A DNA stretch of 64,000 nt from Malacoraja senta (lineage: Eukaryota), in contig JAXLNO010003783.1 of assembly GCA_038087875.1 (NCBI GenBank), positions 62,001 to 126,000 on the forward strand, written 5' to 3'. This document shows positions 25,455 to 37,570 of this stretch, piece by piece. Both the position numbers and the translations under genes were made by a program. How positions within the stretch are numbered: the first letter of the stretch is position 1; every line of letters begins with the position of its first letter. The notes under the pieces are model-generated. The model saw only the letters and a list, made by a program, of their open reading frames with translations. It did not search any database and had not been told where the DNA came from.

Positions 25455-26185
25455 TGCTATAGACAATAGACAATAGGTGCAGGAGTAGGCCATTCGGCCC
25501 TTCGAGCCAGCACCACCATTCAATGTGATCATGGCTGATCGTCCCCAATCAGTACCCCGTTCCTGTCTTCTCCCCATATCGCCTGACTCTGCTATTTTTA
25601 AGAGCCCTATCTAGCTCTCTCTTGAAAACATCCAGAGAACCTGCCTCTGAGGCAGAGAATTCCACACTCACCACTCTCTGTGATAAAAAGTGTTTCCTCG
25701 TCTCCGTTCTAAATGGCTTACTCCTTATTCTTAAACTGTGGCACCTGGTTCTGGACTCCCCCAACATCGGGAACATGTTTCCTGCCTCTAGCGTGTCCAA
25801 GCCCTTAACAATCTTATATGTTTCAATGAGATCACCTCTCATCCTTCTAAACTCCAGAGTGTACAAGCCCAGCTGCTCCATTCTCTCAGCATATGACAGT
25901 CCCGCCATCCCGGGAATTAACTTTATAAACCTACGCTGCACTCCCTCGATAGCAAGAATGTCCTTCCTCAAATTAGGGGACCAAAACTGCACACAATACT
26001 CCAGGTGTGGTCTCACTGGGGCTCTGTACAACTGCAGAAGGACCTCTTTGCTCCTATATTTGATTCCTCTTGTTATAAAGGCCAACATGCCATTCGCTCT
26101 CTTCACTGTCTGCTGTACCTGCATGCTTACTTTCATAGACTGATGTACAAGGACCCCGTGATCCCGTTGTACTTCCCCTTTTCCC
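25455..26185 (-). mobile_element. CR1 LINE 3' fragment
   Basis: ORF 25549-26259(-) reads QLYRAPVRPHLEYCVQFWSP...RRMRGDLIETYKI; 3' UTR with (tagacaa)n tail. Confidence 0.9.
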
Positions 26186-26362
26186 AACTTGACTCCAGTT
26201 AGATAGTGTTTTATTGTCATATGTCCCAGATAGGACAATGAAATTCTTACTTGCTGCACAACAGAAGGGAATGAAATTTGGAGGGAATTAAGTTTTTCAC
26301 AATGATTTTTAACTGGTACAGTAAGTCATTTCTATTATTCATAAACCATTTGCTGGAGTATG

Positions 26363-28055
26363 TAGCAATGTTACAAAATTTTGAGATTTTAAAAATCAAG
26401 TCTGCAATTTATCCCATCAGATAAAGCATAAAAGAAGTTTAATTTGACACCTAATTCACTTTCATATCTTCAGTATTAAAAAAGTTATGGCCATTTTCAT
26501 ACTCGGAAATTAGTATCTTGTTCCCTATTGCTTTTCCATTGACTTAACACAAAAGCTGTGATCAAGGACAGTCAAAAGCCCATAACTTTCTTAGAAATTA
26601 AAGGCCTGTCTCACGAGTTTGCGATTATTGGCGGTGAAACAGGAAGTATCTACCGCTCGTGGACCGCCAGAGACCGCGGGTTCGGTCAAACGCACACTGC
26701 CGGGGCCGTGCGGCGTTGATCCCAACACCGCACGGTGCTCACAAAAAACCAACAATGTTGAAAAATCTTTTCCTACCGCACAGCCGCCGCCAGTGAGGCA
26801 CGAGTGCAGCACGGGCACCGCCACAGCCGCCGCCAGTGCGGCACGAGCGCCATGAGTCCAACTTTCACCGCCACAGCCGCCGCCAGTGAGGCAAGTGTGC
26901 GGCACGGGCACCGCCACAGCCGCCGCCAGTGAGGCACGTGTGCAGCACGGGCACTGCCACAGCCGCCGCCACAGCGCCGCGATCACCACTATCGCCGCCA
27001 CAGCCCCGCGATACGAAATGACGTCATCGCGTAGCGCGTCGCGTTGCGCGATGATGTCATCGCGTAGCGCTGCACGTTGCGTGATGTCGTCATCACCCGA
27101 CGCCGCAGGCTCGTGGAACCGGCCGTAAGGAGATCACTCGGCCCCCGCGCAGCATCCGTGCGGCGCTCTCGCGGTTGCCATGCGGTCCCCTCTTCCGGCG
27201 ACGCCGCGCTTCACCGTCAATGACCGCAAACCCGTGGGACAGAGCCTTAAAGAGAACTTAATGAAATTTTCAGTTATTATAGATTGAAGCATTCTGAAAC
27301 AAATATGAAACAATCTTACTTGGATGACCTGAAATTAAAGCATATAATTAGTTAGTTACCCAATTGTAGCTAATTACAAAATTCAATTACTAGATCTAAA
27401 TATCTATCCATTTCTTAAGAAAAAGTTAACATTTTAAAAAAGCCTAAGTGTCCAAATAACATTTACACAAGAATTCACAATAAAACATTATTTTTTAATC
27501 TCATTGTCATTAATTTATGGGCCAAATGGAAGGAATTTAGTGTTTAATTCCTGTAAATTAATGGCCATTTAAATCATCTTGCGAGTGGGATTTTGTGGAA
27601 CGCGCTGGTTTGGAACGTTGCGGTTACACTGAATTAAACCCCAATATCGGCAGGAAAAATACTGCCGGTTGGTATATTTACATAATCACATTTTCGCAAC
27701 TTGAAATTTTTATTAAAGGCATCCTAAGAAGCAAGTTTATACGAAAAAATAAACGGTGTACCTTGCCTTGTCCCGTGCGTGAAATCTGTCCCGTTGTCGG
27801 CGTTGACGGCATTTGAAGATGATTTTAATTTTACTCCAACAATTAAATTATAAAGCGCTAATTTTAATAAACGTAATAAAACGGCAGTCGAAGCGATTTT
27901 TCTTCATCAACTATTTAACCTGTTCAAGATCGTTTAGAACAGGCTGCCGAAATATCGCATTTTAAACCCGGCCCCCTCTCAAAGGCGCCAAAGTCGCGCA
28001 CACGGGCAGTGACAGAACTGCAGCGCCACTGAAGGTAAGTTTTGTAACATGCCTA
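26363..28055. mobile_element. Unclassified non-autonomous DNA element with 16-bp imperfect TIRs, hosting a MITE
   Basis: TAGCAATGTTACAAAA (26363-78) versus TTTTGTAACATGCCTA (28040-55), 14/16 match. No ORF. Confidence 0.5.
26602..27246. mobile_element. GC-rich TTAA MITE (Kolobok/T2-like) with internal minisatellite
   Basis: TTAA at 26598-601 and 27247-50. TIR AGGCCTGTCTCACGAGTTTGCG. Internal repeats gccacagccgccgccagtgaggcacg. Confidence 0.8.
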
Positions 28056-28169
28056 GAGTGTGTAGTAATATTTTCAAAACAATATTTGAAATGACATAAG
28101 ACCAAGATTGCATGAGAAGTCATCTTCTGATACAGTTTAGGATTTGGCAGGAAATGCTAAAAATATGGT

Positions 28170-28466
28170 TTGGCACGGTGGTGCAGCGGCTGATCTGCTG
28201 CCTTACAGCGCAAGGGACCCGGGTTTGATCCTGACTACGGTTTCAGTCTGCAAGGAGTTTGTACGTACTTCCTATGACAGGCGCAGGTTTCCTCCGGGTG
28301 CTCCGGTTTCCTCCCACACTCCAATGACATACCAATTTGCTCAGTAAAATTCTAAATTGTCCCAAGCGTGCATAGAATAGTGATAGTGTGCGGGGATCGC
28401 TGGTCGGCGAGGATTCGGTGGGCTGAAGGACCGGTTTCTGCACTGTATCTCTAAATTAAACTAAAT
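28170..28466 (+). mobile_element. V-SINE (HE1-like)
   Basis: Head ggcacggtggtgcagcgg, B box GGTTTGATCC, V-domain and tail. Confidence 0.85.
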
Positions 28467-29092
28467 ACCAAGAAAGCAAGGAAAAGTTCAAGCCTAAGGA
28501 GTGGAAATCTGAATTCACGTTCTAGACCTTCATCATTTAATTTGGCAACTAAATTGTTGCAACTCTATTTACCTCCACAGATGCTGTTGGATCATTTCCA
28601 ACATGTTATATTTCTGTGTCAAGTTTATAGCACCATGTCATTATTTTACCTTATTTTCCACTGAAAATGGAAAGGTTGTATGATAGATTTGTAATGTAAT
28701 CATAGCCTAGAACATGGGTCTTTTGCTGATTAATATTGAGAGTCGAGTCCAGCAATACATTCCTCAGGGCTTGAGCAATTGTGCTCTTGACCTGCTGTGA
28801 ATTTATCAGAGAGAAGAGTAAGGATGTGTAAAAGTGTAGTTATGCCGGCTGAAGTATCTACATTTTTGAGATGGTAGAGAAAATGGGAAGATGAATCACT
28901 TCTGTTCAGAAGACATTTAACAAGGTTACACTTAAAGTGTTTATAAACATTTGTGAGGTAGGATCAAGTTATTTGACTGGAAGGTAATTTTCCCCAAGTG
29001 AATGTGGGTGGTGGGAAAATTGAGAGAGGAGATTAATTGGAATGTGAGATTTACATGGAAACATAGAAAATACTGTAGGTGCAGGAGTAGGC

Positions 29093-29587
29093 CCATAAGC
29101 CAGACCCGTTTAACCCCCTGGAGATGGTCTGTAGTGATACCTTCTAACGAGGTTTTATGTAACTAACAATATTGCTAGTTCAGAGTCTATAAGGCTCTTA
29201 GGGACCTTAACATTCTGGTGTAGATGTGTGACCCCACACAACCCAAGGTCCATGGGATATGCAAACATCTAGTTTGACCTTATGCCCCTGGTCTACGCTG
29301 CTTGACTAAGTCATAAACATAAAACCTTATTATTGCCCGCAGATCTTCCTATCCAGTGTTAACTTATGCAATGACTGGACCCGTTGCGCTGAACTCAGCG
29401 CCATGAGCATAATCACTAGTAAGTGAGTTTGACCAAGGACAGGGATGTAGCTGGAGCCCACTGGCGAATTGACGTAGCTCAATGTTAACAACCCATATCT
29501 CTACGTCCCTAGGCCTGGGAGGTTTTGAGTTGAAGATACCCTTCATAATCTAGATGTCAGAGGGTGAAGACCGCGCCAGCACGCATG
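29093..29587 (-). mobile_element. DIRS1-like tyrosine recombinase relic
   Basis: Across frameshifts it reads MKGIFNSKPPRPR..IW / WAPATSLSLVKLT / MLMALSSAQRVQSLHKL / DLVKQRRPG / AYPMDLGLC / KP..VSLQTISR. Confidence 0.8.
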
Positions 29588-29805
29588 CTGATCATCCAAA
29601 ATCAGTACCCCGTTCCTGCTTTTTACCCATACCCTTGATTCCATTAGCCCTAAGAGCTAAATCTAACTCTATCTTGAAAACATCCAGTGAATTGGTCTCC
29701 ACTGCCTTCTGTGGCAGAGAAGACCACAGATATACAACTCTCTGGGTGAAAACGTTTTTCCTTATCTCATTCCTAAATGGCCTATCCCTTATTTTTAAAC
29801 TATGA
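29588..29805 (-). mobile_element. CR1 3' end (its terminal part lies at about 29057-29092)
   Basis: RPFRNEIRKNVFTQRVVYLWSSLPQ. The 3' UTR is split by the DIRS relic. Confidence 0.8.
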
Positions 29806-29867
29806 CACAAATTTCTGTGTTCGATGACTTTATTCTCCTCAGTGATTTGGTACACACGTTAATAGTT

Positions 29868-30225
29868 TAGTTTAGAGATATAGAGCAGAAACAGGCCCTT
29901 TGGCCCACCGAGTCTGCACCGGCCAGCAATTCCCGCACCTTAACGCTACCCTACACACAAACCTGGGACAATTTAATATTTACACCAAGCCCATTAACCT
30001 ATAAACATGTATGTCTTTGGAGTGTGGGAGGAAATCGATGGTCTTGGAGAAAACCCATGCAGATCACAGGGAGAACGTACAAACTCCATACAGACAGCAC
30101 CTATAGTTAGGATCGAACCCGGGTCTCTGGCACTGTGAGGCAGTCACTCTACCAGGTCTACCGAACCCGGGTCTCTGGCACTGTGAGGCAGTCACTCTAC
30201 CTCTACTGCACCGTGCCACCCATAA
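29868..30225 (-). mobile_element. V-SINE with an internal tandem duplication of the head region
   Basis: gaacccgggtctctggcactgtgaggcagtcactctacc occurs twice (about 30115-30201). Confidence 0.85.
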
Positions 30226-30249
30226 TAGTGCTGCCCAAAAGTCAAGAGT

Positions 30250-31165
30250 TTTTTTTTGTCATGTGTCCCAGATAGGACAATGAATTCTTGCTTGCTGCAG
30301 CACAACAGAATATGTAAACATAATACAGAGATAAAAGTTCAGTGTGTCTATATACCATAGACCATATATATACACAATAAATAAACATTTAAAGTGCAAT
30401 AGGCTGTTATTGTTCAGAGTTTGTTTGATGTCGTGTTTAATAGCCTGATGGCTGTGGGGAAGAAGCTGTTCTTGAACCTGGATGTTCCAGATTTCAAGCT
30501 CCTGCACCTTCTTCCTGATGGCAACGGAGAGATGAGTGTGTGGCCAGGATGGTGCGGGTCTGTTGGCAGCCATTTTGAGGCAGCGACTGCGATGGATCCC
30601 TTCGATGGAAGGGAGGTCAGAGCCGAAGATGGACTGGGCAGTAGTCACAAACTTTGTGGATTCATTTCCGCTCCTGGACGTTCAAGTTGCCGAACCCAGC
30701 CACGATGCAACCAGTCAGCATGCTCTCTACTGTGCACCTGTAGAAGTCCGAGACAGTCCTCCTTGACATACCAACTCTCCGTAATCTTCTCAGGAAGTAG
30801 AGGCGCTGCTGTGCCTTCTTTATGATTGCGTCAGTGTGTTGGGACCTGGAAAGATCTTCGGAAATATGCATGCCCAGGAATTTGAAGTTCTTGACCCTTT
30901 CCACCATCGTCCCGGGATATAAACGGGATTGTGGGTTCCTATCCTACCTCTTCCAAAGTCCACAATCAGTTCCTTGGTTTTACTGGTGTTGAGGGCCGGG
31001 GTTATTGTGCTGGCACCATTTGGTCAATCGGTCGATCTCACTAATATACTCTGACTCATCACCATCAGTGATTCGTCCCACAACAGTGGTGTCGTCGGCG
31101 AACTTGATGATGGAGTTCGGACTACGTCTAGCTACGCAGTCATGAGTTTAGAGTGAGTACAGAAG
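30250..31165 (-). mobile_element. Rex1/Babar-type LINE 3' fragment (RT C-terminus)
   Basis: VKNFKFLGMHISEDL...IKKAQQRLYFLRRL...FYRCTVESMLTGCI. FADD region at about 31095. Confidence 0.85.
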
Positions 31166-31494
31166 AACAGTTTTCTTGTTTTTCAGTCATCAATATTCTC
31201 ACTAGAATGGGCCATAAAAAAGTACTTCCTGTGGAAAAAGTTCAGTAACTTGGGGGAAAAATATTTAAACTAATTGGTCAACTAAATTGTAAAAGACAAT
31301 GTAAAAAGAATACACATGTGATCCATGAACTAGTTCAAAGAGCTGCCTTGCCTCAGGCACCATCCACTGAATGCTGCCGAGTGGTGTATTGTGGAATACT
31401 TTGTAAGATTGCATGGAATAAAAATATACATCAATCATAATTAATTTAAATGGCACAGAGGATGCCAGGTTTTATTTACACTCTGTTGTGTTAA

Positions 31495-32538
31495 AGAAGG
31501 AACTGCAGATGCTGGAAAATCGAAGGTACACAAAAATGCTGGAGAAACTCAGCGGGTGCAGCAGCATCTATGGAGCGAAGGAAATAGGCAACGTTTCGGG
31601 CCGAAACCCTTCTTCAGACTGAAAGGGGGTGGGGAGAAGAAAGGAAAAAAGGAAAAAAGGCGGAGGAGGAGCCCGAGGGCTGGGGGAGGGGAGGAGACAA
31701 CCAGAGGGCTGATGAAGGGGAGGGGACAGCAAGGGCTAGCAGAGTTGGGAGAATTCAATGTTCATGCCACTAGGGTGCAGGCTGCCCAAGCGGAATATGA
31801 GGTGCATTTCCTCCAATTTACGGTGTTGCTCGCTGTGGCCATGGAGGAGACCCAGGACAGAGAGGTCATATACGGAATGGGAGGGGGAGTTGAAGTGCTG
31901 AGCCACCGGGAGGTCAGGTTGGTTATTGCGGACCGACCGGAGATGTTCGGCAAAACGATCGCCAAGCCTCCGCTTGGTCTCACCGATGTAGATCAGCTGG
32001 CATCTAGAGCAGCGGATGCAATAGATGAGGTTGGAGGAGATGCAGGTGAACCTCTGTCGCACCTGGAACGACTGCTTGGGTCCTTGGATGGAGTCGAGGG
32101 GGGAGGTGAAGGGACAAGTGTTGCATCTCTTGCGGTTGCAAGGGAAAGTACCCGGGGAGGGGGTGGTGCGGGAGGGACGGGAAGAATTGACAAGGGAGTT
32201 ACGGAGGGAGCGGTCTTTGCGGAAGGCAGACATGGGGGGAGATGGGAAGATGTGGCGAGTGGTGGGGTCACGTTGGAGGTGGCAAAACTGACGGAGGATC
32301 ACTTGTTGTATGTGACGGCTGGTGGGGTGAAAGATGAGGACTAGGGGGACTCTGCCCTTGTTGTGAGTGGGGGGATGGGGAGAGAGAGCAGTGTTGCGGT
32401 GTATGGCAGAGACCCTGGTGCGAGCCTCATCTATGGTGGAGGAGGGGAACCCCCGTTCCCTGAAGAATGAGGACATTTCAGATGCCCTGGTGTGGAACGC
32501 CTCATCCTGGGAGCAGATGCGGCGTAGACGGAGGAACG
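31495..32538 (-). mobile_element. Young Penelope-like element 3' part, longest copy
   Basis: Uninterrupted 246-aa ORF 31736-32476 (thumb/linker plus GIY-YIG with CCHH) and intact pLTR end. Confidence 0.92.
31590..31617 (-). ncRNA. Minimal type-I hammerhead ribozyme motif
   Basis: Reverse complement reads CTGAAGAAGGGTTTCGGCCCGAAACGTT. Confidence 0.65.
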
Positions 32539-32619
32539 TTTACACTCTATTTGGAGACACAGAACAATGCTGCACAAGGCACGATGTACAGGAAGGAACT
32601 GCTGATGCTGGTTAAAACT

Positions 32620-33317
32620 CTCCAGTGAGTCCCTCAGCACGTACTCCTGCAGTCTGGAATGGACAGATGATGTTTTGGGTCAGACACTTCTTCAGACTGA
32701 TTGTAATAGAAAGCTGAAAAAGAGATGTGGAGCTGGGACAAAGCCTGGCAAGTGATACAGGCGATAAGACACAAAAAGCTGGAGTAACTCAGCGGAACAG
32801 GCAACATCTCTGGAGAGAAGGAATGGGTGATGTTTCTGGTCGAGACCCTTCTTCAGACCCTTTGTCACCTTTTCACCTCTAGCCGTTGCCACTTACTCCA
32901 CCCGTCTACTTATCAAAATCTGTTCTCAACTCGCACCAGCTTCTCGTTTTCACCCAACAAATAAATAACAATGGCCTGTTTTCCTTTATCATCGTTACTT
33001 TTTTGCATATCTTTCATTCATTGTTCTTTATCTCTCAACATCATTGTCTGTATCTCTTGTTTCCCTTATCCCCAACTAGTCTGAAGAAGAATCTCGACCT
33101 AAAAAGGCACCCATTCCTTCTCTCCAGAGATGTTGCCTGGCCCGCTGAGTTACTCCAGCATTTTATGTCTTATCACCTGTATCACTTGCCAGGCTTTGTC
33201 CCAGCCCCACAACTCTTTTTCAGCTTTCTATTACAATCAGTCTGAAGAAGTGTCTGACCCAAAACATCATCTGTCCATTCCAGATTGCAGGACTACGTGC
33301 TGAGGGACTCACTGGAG
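32620..33317. repeat. Fold-back: 239-bp inverted arms (32620-32858 and 33079-33317) around a 220-bp spacer
   Basis: The arms are reverse complements with scattered mismatches. Each holds two PLE-end/hammerhead-like motifs. Confidence 0.85.
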
Positions 33318-33999
33318 CTTGGTGCAGCCAACACCAAGGCTCAGTGGAGGTCTACAGTCTAGGGTCCTTCGTGGCAAAACATTGGGGGGCTGCAACTGGT
33401 GAAGACGCCCCTCAAACAAGGGACGGTCTATCAACCCAGGAGGGCTATACGAGTGGCAAGGGTGCTTGATATAAGGATAGCTTGTGAACACAACCAAAAA
33501 TAACCGTAATTAATCCATGTGTGGACACTGAGAATGGCAGAAACATTGTTTGCCCTGTTCTTGTTTTGTATACATTTCATTATTCTGAATAATATTTATC
33601 CTTGGTGGGGAAAAAATCCCTCCAGATATTACCTGACCTGCTGAGTCCCTGCAGCCCTTTGTGTTTTGCAGTGGATAGTATATATGATGTGGATGTGAAT
33701 ATTGGTGGTTTGATTAGTAGGTTTACAGATGACATGTACATTGAAGAAGGTTGTCTATGGATCCAGTGGGATACAGATTAGCTAGAGAGCTGGATGGAGC
33801 AATAGCAGAAGGAATGTAATCCAGACATGTGTGAAGTTGTGCGTGTTGGCATGTCATGTTCTGCTAGGACATAAACGGTAAGAACCTGAGGGGTGTTAAT
33901 ATACAGAGTGTCCTTGGGTTGCAAGTTCATTGATACGTGAAAATGCTGACAAGGGTAGACAGGAAAGCAAAAAATGCACTTTGGCATGTTTGTCCACTT

Positions 34000-34585
34000 A
34001 GACAGAGAAACATATAAAAATTGGTGCAGGAGTAGGCCATTTGGCCCTTCAAGCCAGCACCACCATTCAATCTGGTCATGGGTGATCAACCAGAATCAGT
34101 ACCCTGTTCCTGCTTTCTCCCCATATCTCTTGATTTCGTTAACCCTAAGAGCTAACTCTCTCTTGAATACATTCAGTGAATTGGTCTCCGCTGCCTTCTG
34201 TGGCAGAGAATTCCACAGATTCACAACACTCTGGGTGAAAAGGTTTTCCCCATCTCAATCCTAAATGGCCTACCCCTTATTCGTAAACTGTGACCCCTGG
34301 TTCTGGACTCCCCCAACATTGAGAATATTTTTCCTGCATCTAGTCTGTCAAATCCCTTATTAGTATTCTATTTCTATCAGATCCCCTCTCATCCTTCTGA
34401 TTTCCAGTGAATATAATCCCAGTCGATTCATTCTTTTATTATATGACAGTCCCGCCATCCCGGGAATTAACCTGGTGAACTTTGCTGCACTCCTTCAATA
34501 GCAAGAATGTCCTTCCTCAAACTAGGCGACCAAGACTGCACAAAATACTCCAGGTGCAGTCTCACCAAGGCCCTGTATAACTGAA
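34000..34585 (-). mobile_element. CR1 LINE 3' fragment
   Basis: ggtgcaggagtaggcc...cccgccatcccgggaattaacc...ccaggtgcagtctcacc. Confidence 0.85.
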
Positions 34586-34906
34586 TAGACTCTGGCATCA
34601 AGTATATGAGTTGAGAAATCAAACAAAACATTGGTTAGGCTGCACATGGAGTATTGTGTAGAGTTCTGATCGCTCCACTACTAACATTACTGTGCGGGGA
34701 TCACTGGTTGGCGTGGGCCGAAGGGCCTGTTTCTGCAATGTATCTCTAAACTAAAAAGGATGTGATGGCATCAAAAGTAGTGCAGAAGGGTTTTGCCAGG
34801 TTGTTGCCTGGAATAGAGGTCTGGTGTTATGTGAAGAGATTGGATAGGCTGCATTTATTCTCACTAGAATGCAGGAGTGAAATAATGAGGGCTATAGATT
34901 GTGTCA

Positions 34907-35341
34907 GAAGGATCTGCAGATGCAGGTTTAAACTGAAGAAAGACACAAAAAGCTGGAGCAACTCAGTGGGACACGCAGCATCATTGGAGAGAAGGAATGG
35001 GTGATATTTCGGGTCGAGACCTTTTTGGGTCGAAACCCTTCTTCAGGAAGGATCTACAGATGCTGGTTTACACCGAAGACAGACATAAAATGCTGGTGTA
35101 ACTCAGTGGGACAGGCAGTATCACTGGAGAGAAGGAATGGGTGACATTTCGGGTCGACATCCTTCTTCAGGAAGGATTAACAGATGTTGGTTTACACCGA
35201 AGACAGACATAAAATGCTGGAGTAACTCAGCAGGACAGGTAGCATCTTTGGAGGGAAGGAATGAGTGACGTTTCTAAACATCATCCATTCCTTCTCATCA
35301 GAAATACTGCCTGCCCTGCTCCAGCATTTTGTGTCTATCTT
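34907..35341 (-). repeat. Tandem trimer of 124-140-nt hammerhead-bearing PLE-end units, ending in an inverted partial copy
   Basis: Units start at 34907, 35047 and 35171 (gaaggatc/t). Junctions fall at ttcttcag|gaagga. Confidence 0.8.
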
Positions 35342-35804
35342 TAGGGTATAGATAGGATAGAGAGTAACTGTCTCTTTCCCGGGGCAGTGGGGACTAGAAC
35401 TGGAGGTTTAAGGTGATGGGAGAGAAATGTCAAGGGGATCTGAGCAGACGTTTCTCACCACAGTAGTTATCTGGAATGAGCTGCAGGGGAGATGGTAGAG
35501 GCAGATATAATCACAATGTCTATAAAGCATTTGGACTTTTGGTAGGAAAGTCAGGGAGGGATAAGGGCGTAATTCATGTAATTGTAGATAAACATCTCGG
35601 TCAGCATAGACAAGATTGGGCAAAAGGGCCTGTTTATATGCTGCAGGATTCAGTTTATTTTAAGATTCTTTCTGTGGTTTTCATGTTGCTATCTCTATTA
35701 GCCAGAATAAGCACTGAAAATGGCTCAAGCAGTCTACACCAGAGAGAACACTGCGTGAACCAACAAAGGAAGTGAGATATGTAAAATAGGTTCTTTAGTT
35801 TTTT

Positions 35805-36118
35805 AATTTAGATACACAGCGTGGAAACAGGCCTTTCGGCCCACCGAGTCTGCACCGGCCAGCGACTAACCCGCACACCAACACTATCCTATGCACACGA
35901 GGGACAATTTGACACATGCATCAAGCCAATTAACCTACATTCCTGCACGTCTTTGGAGTGGGAGGAAATCAAAGATCTCAGCGAAAATCCACGCAGGTCA
36001 CGGGGAGAACGTACTAACTCCGTACAGACAGCACCCATAGTCAGGATTGAAACCGGGTCTCTGGCACTGCAAACACTGTAAGGCAGCAACTCTACCACTG
36101 TGCCACTGTGCCGCCCTT
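35805..36118 (-). mobile_element. V-SINE (HE1-like), full length
   Basis: Tail to head, ending ctctaccactgtgccactgtgccgccc. Confidence 0.9.
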
Positions 36119-36829
36119 ATTGGTAACTTTGTGTGATCTTATTTTGTTAGGATGCAAATTCTATGGGAACGCTTTCTCAAAGAGATAGATAATGATGTAG
36201 AAACAAGGAACTGCAGATGCTGGTTTGTACCAAAGAGAGTCACAAAGTGCTGGAGTAACTCAACGGGTCAGAGGTGTTCTACAGCATCTCTGTAGAAAAA
36301 GGATGGGTGATGCTGGGTGAAGCTTCAGGTTGGGATCCTTCTTCAGACTGATGTATCGGGTTGGGACCCTTCTTCAGACTAACCCTGCTTGAGACTGAAG
36401 TAGGGTCCCGACCCAAAGTGTCATCCAGCCTTTTTCTCCAGAGATGCTGCCGGTCTCGCTGAGTTACTTTAGCACTTTGTGTCTAAGGTTGATAATGAGT
36501 TGTTCAATCCTGATTTTTTGTGATGTTAATTTCTGCATGTTCACAGGGCAGACTGTGAGAGTAAACAGTTGAAAAACTAGTCTAGCAGGAAATGTGTGGT
36601 ATTTGAGTAAGTGTGAATGTGGGGCCTCTCCAGTGAGATGATTGGGGAACTCCCTGACAAAGGGGGATGTGGTGAACAGGTCACCAGGAGGTCATATCAA
36701 AGCAGAAGTTAAATGTTACATTGATATTTTTAGTCTGCTCTTGATGTACTGGCATGATGCAATCCGATTTGGACAACTTACTGAATATTGCAGCTGAAGA
36801 TGGTATAGATATATAGCATTGGAACAGGC

Positions 36830-37570
36830 TCTTCAGCCCACCAAGTCCACGCTGAACAGCGATCACCGTACAGTAGCAATATCCTATAGACTAGCAACAA
36901 TTTATAATCTTTACCAAACCCTATTAAACTACAAACTCATCTTAGGAGTGTGGGAGGAAGCTGGAGCACCCAGGGAAAACCCACAGGTAGAATGTAAAAA
37001 CTCCATATAGACGGATTCCTGGGATGGCAGGACTTTCATATGAAGAAAGACTGGATAGACTTGGCTTGTACTCGCTAGAATTTAGAAGATTGAGGGGGGA
37101 TCTTATAGAAACTTACAAGATTCTTAAGGGGTTGGACAGGCTAGATGCAGGAAGATTGTTCCCGATGTAGGGGAAGTCCAGAACAAGGGGTCACAGTTTA
37201 AGTATAAGAGGGAAGTCTTTTAGGACCGAGATGAGAAAATCATTTTTCACACAGAGAGTGGTGAATCTGTGGAATTCTCTGCCACAGAATGTAGTTGAGG
37301 CCAGTTCATTGGCTATATTTAAGAGGGAGTTAGATGTGGCCCTTGTGGCTAAAGGGATCAGGGGGTATGGAGAGAAGGCAGGTACAGGATACTGAGTTGG
37401 ATGATCAGCCATGATCATATTGAATGGCGGTGCAGGCTCGAAGGGCCGAATGGCCTACTCCTGCACCTATTTTCTATGTTTCTATGACAGCACCCATGGT
37501 CAGGATTGAACCTGGCGGTCTCTTGAGCTGTAAGGCAGTAACTCTACCGCTGTTCCACCGTGTCACCCTT
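36830..37570 (-). mobile_element. V-SINE split by a plus-strand CR1 3' fragment (about 37013-37486)
   Basis: The SINE reads ctccatatagac|insert|acagcacccatggtcagg. The insert is the CR1 ORF2 C-terminus plus tail. Confidence 0.85.

Noticed and set aside
26591-27128. Ala/Cys/Arg-rich ORFs (also 53029-53600)
   Set aside because: They arise from stop-poor GC-rich minisatellites inside MITEs.
31556-32344. 262-aa plus-strand ORF (and similar ones at 8585, 21236 and 14981)
   Set aside because: Antisense shadow frames of the PLE GIY-YIG ORF; not independent genes.
31475-32548. TTTACACTCT as the TSD of the longest PLE
   Set aside because: The left copy is about 11 nt away from the element end and the adjoining bases do not match, so it is not counted as a TSD.
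34907-35275. CRISPR-like repeat-spacer array
   Set aside because: Eukaryotic context; the units are homologous along their whole length with no unique spacers.
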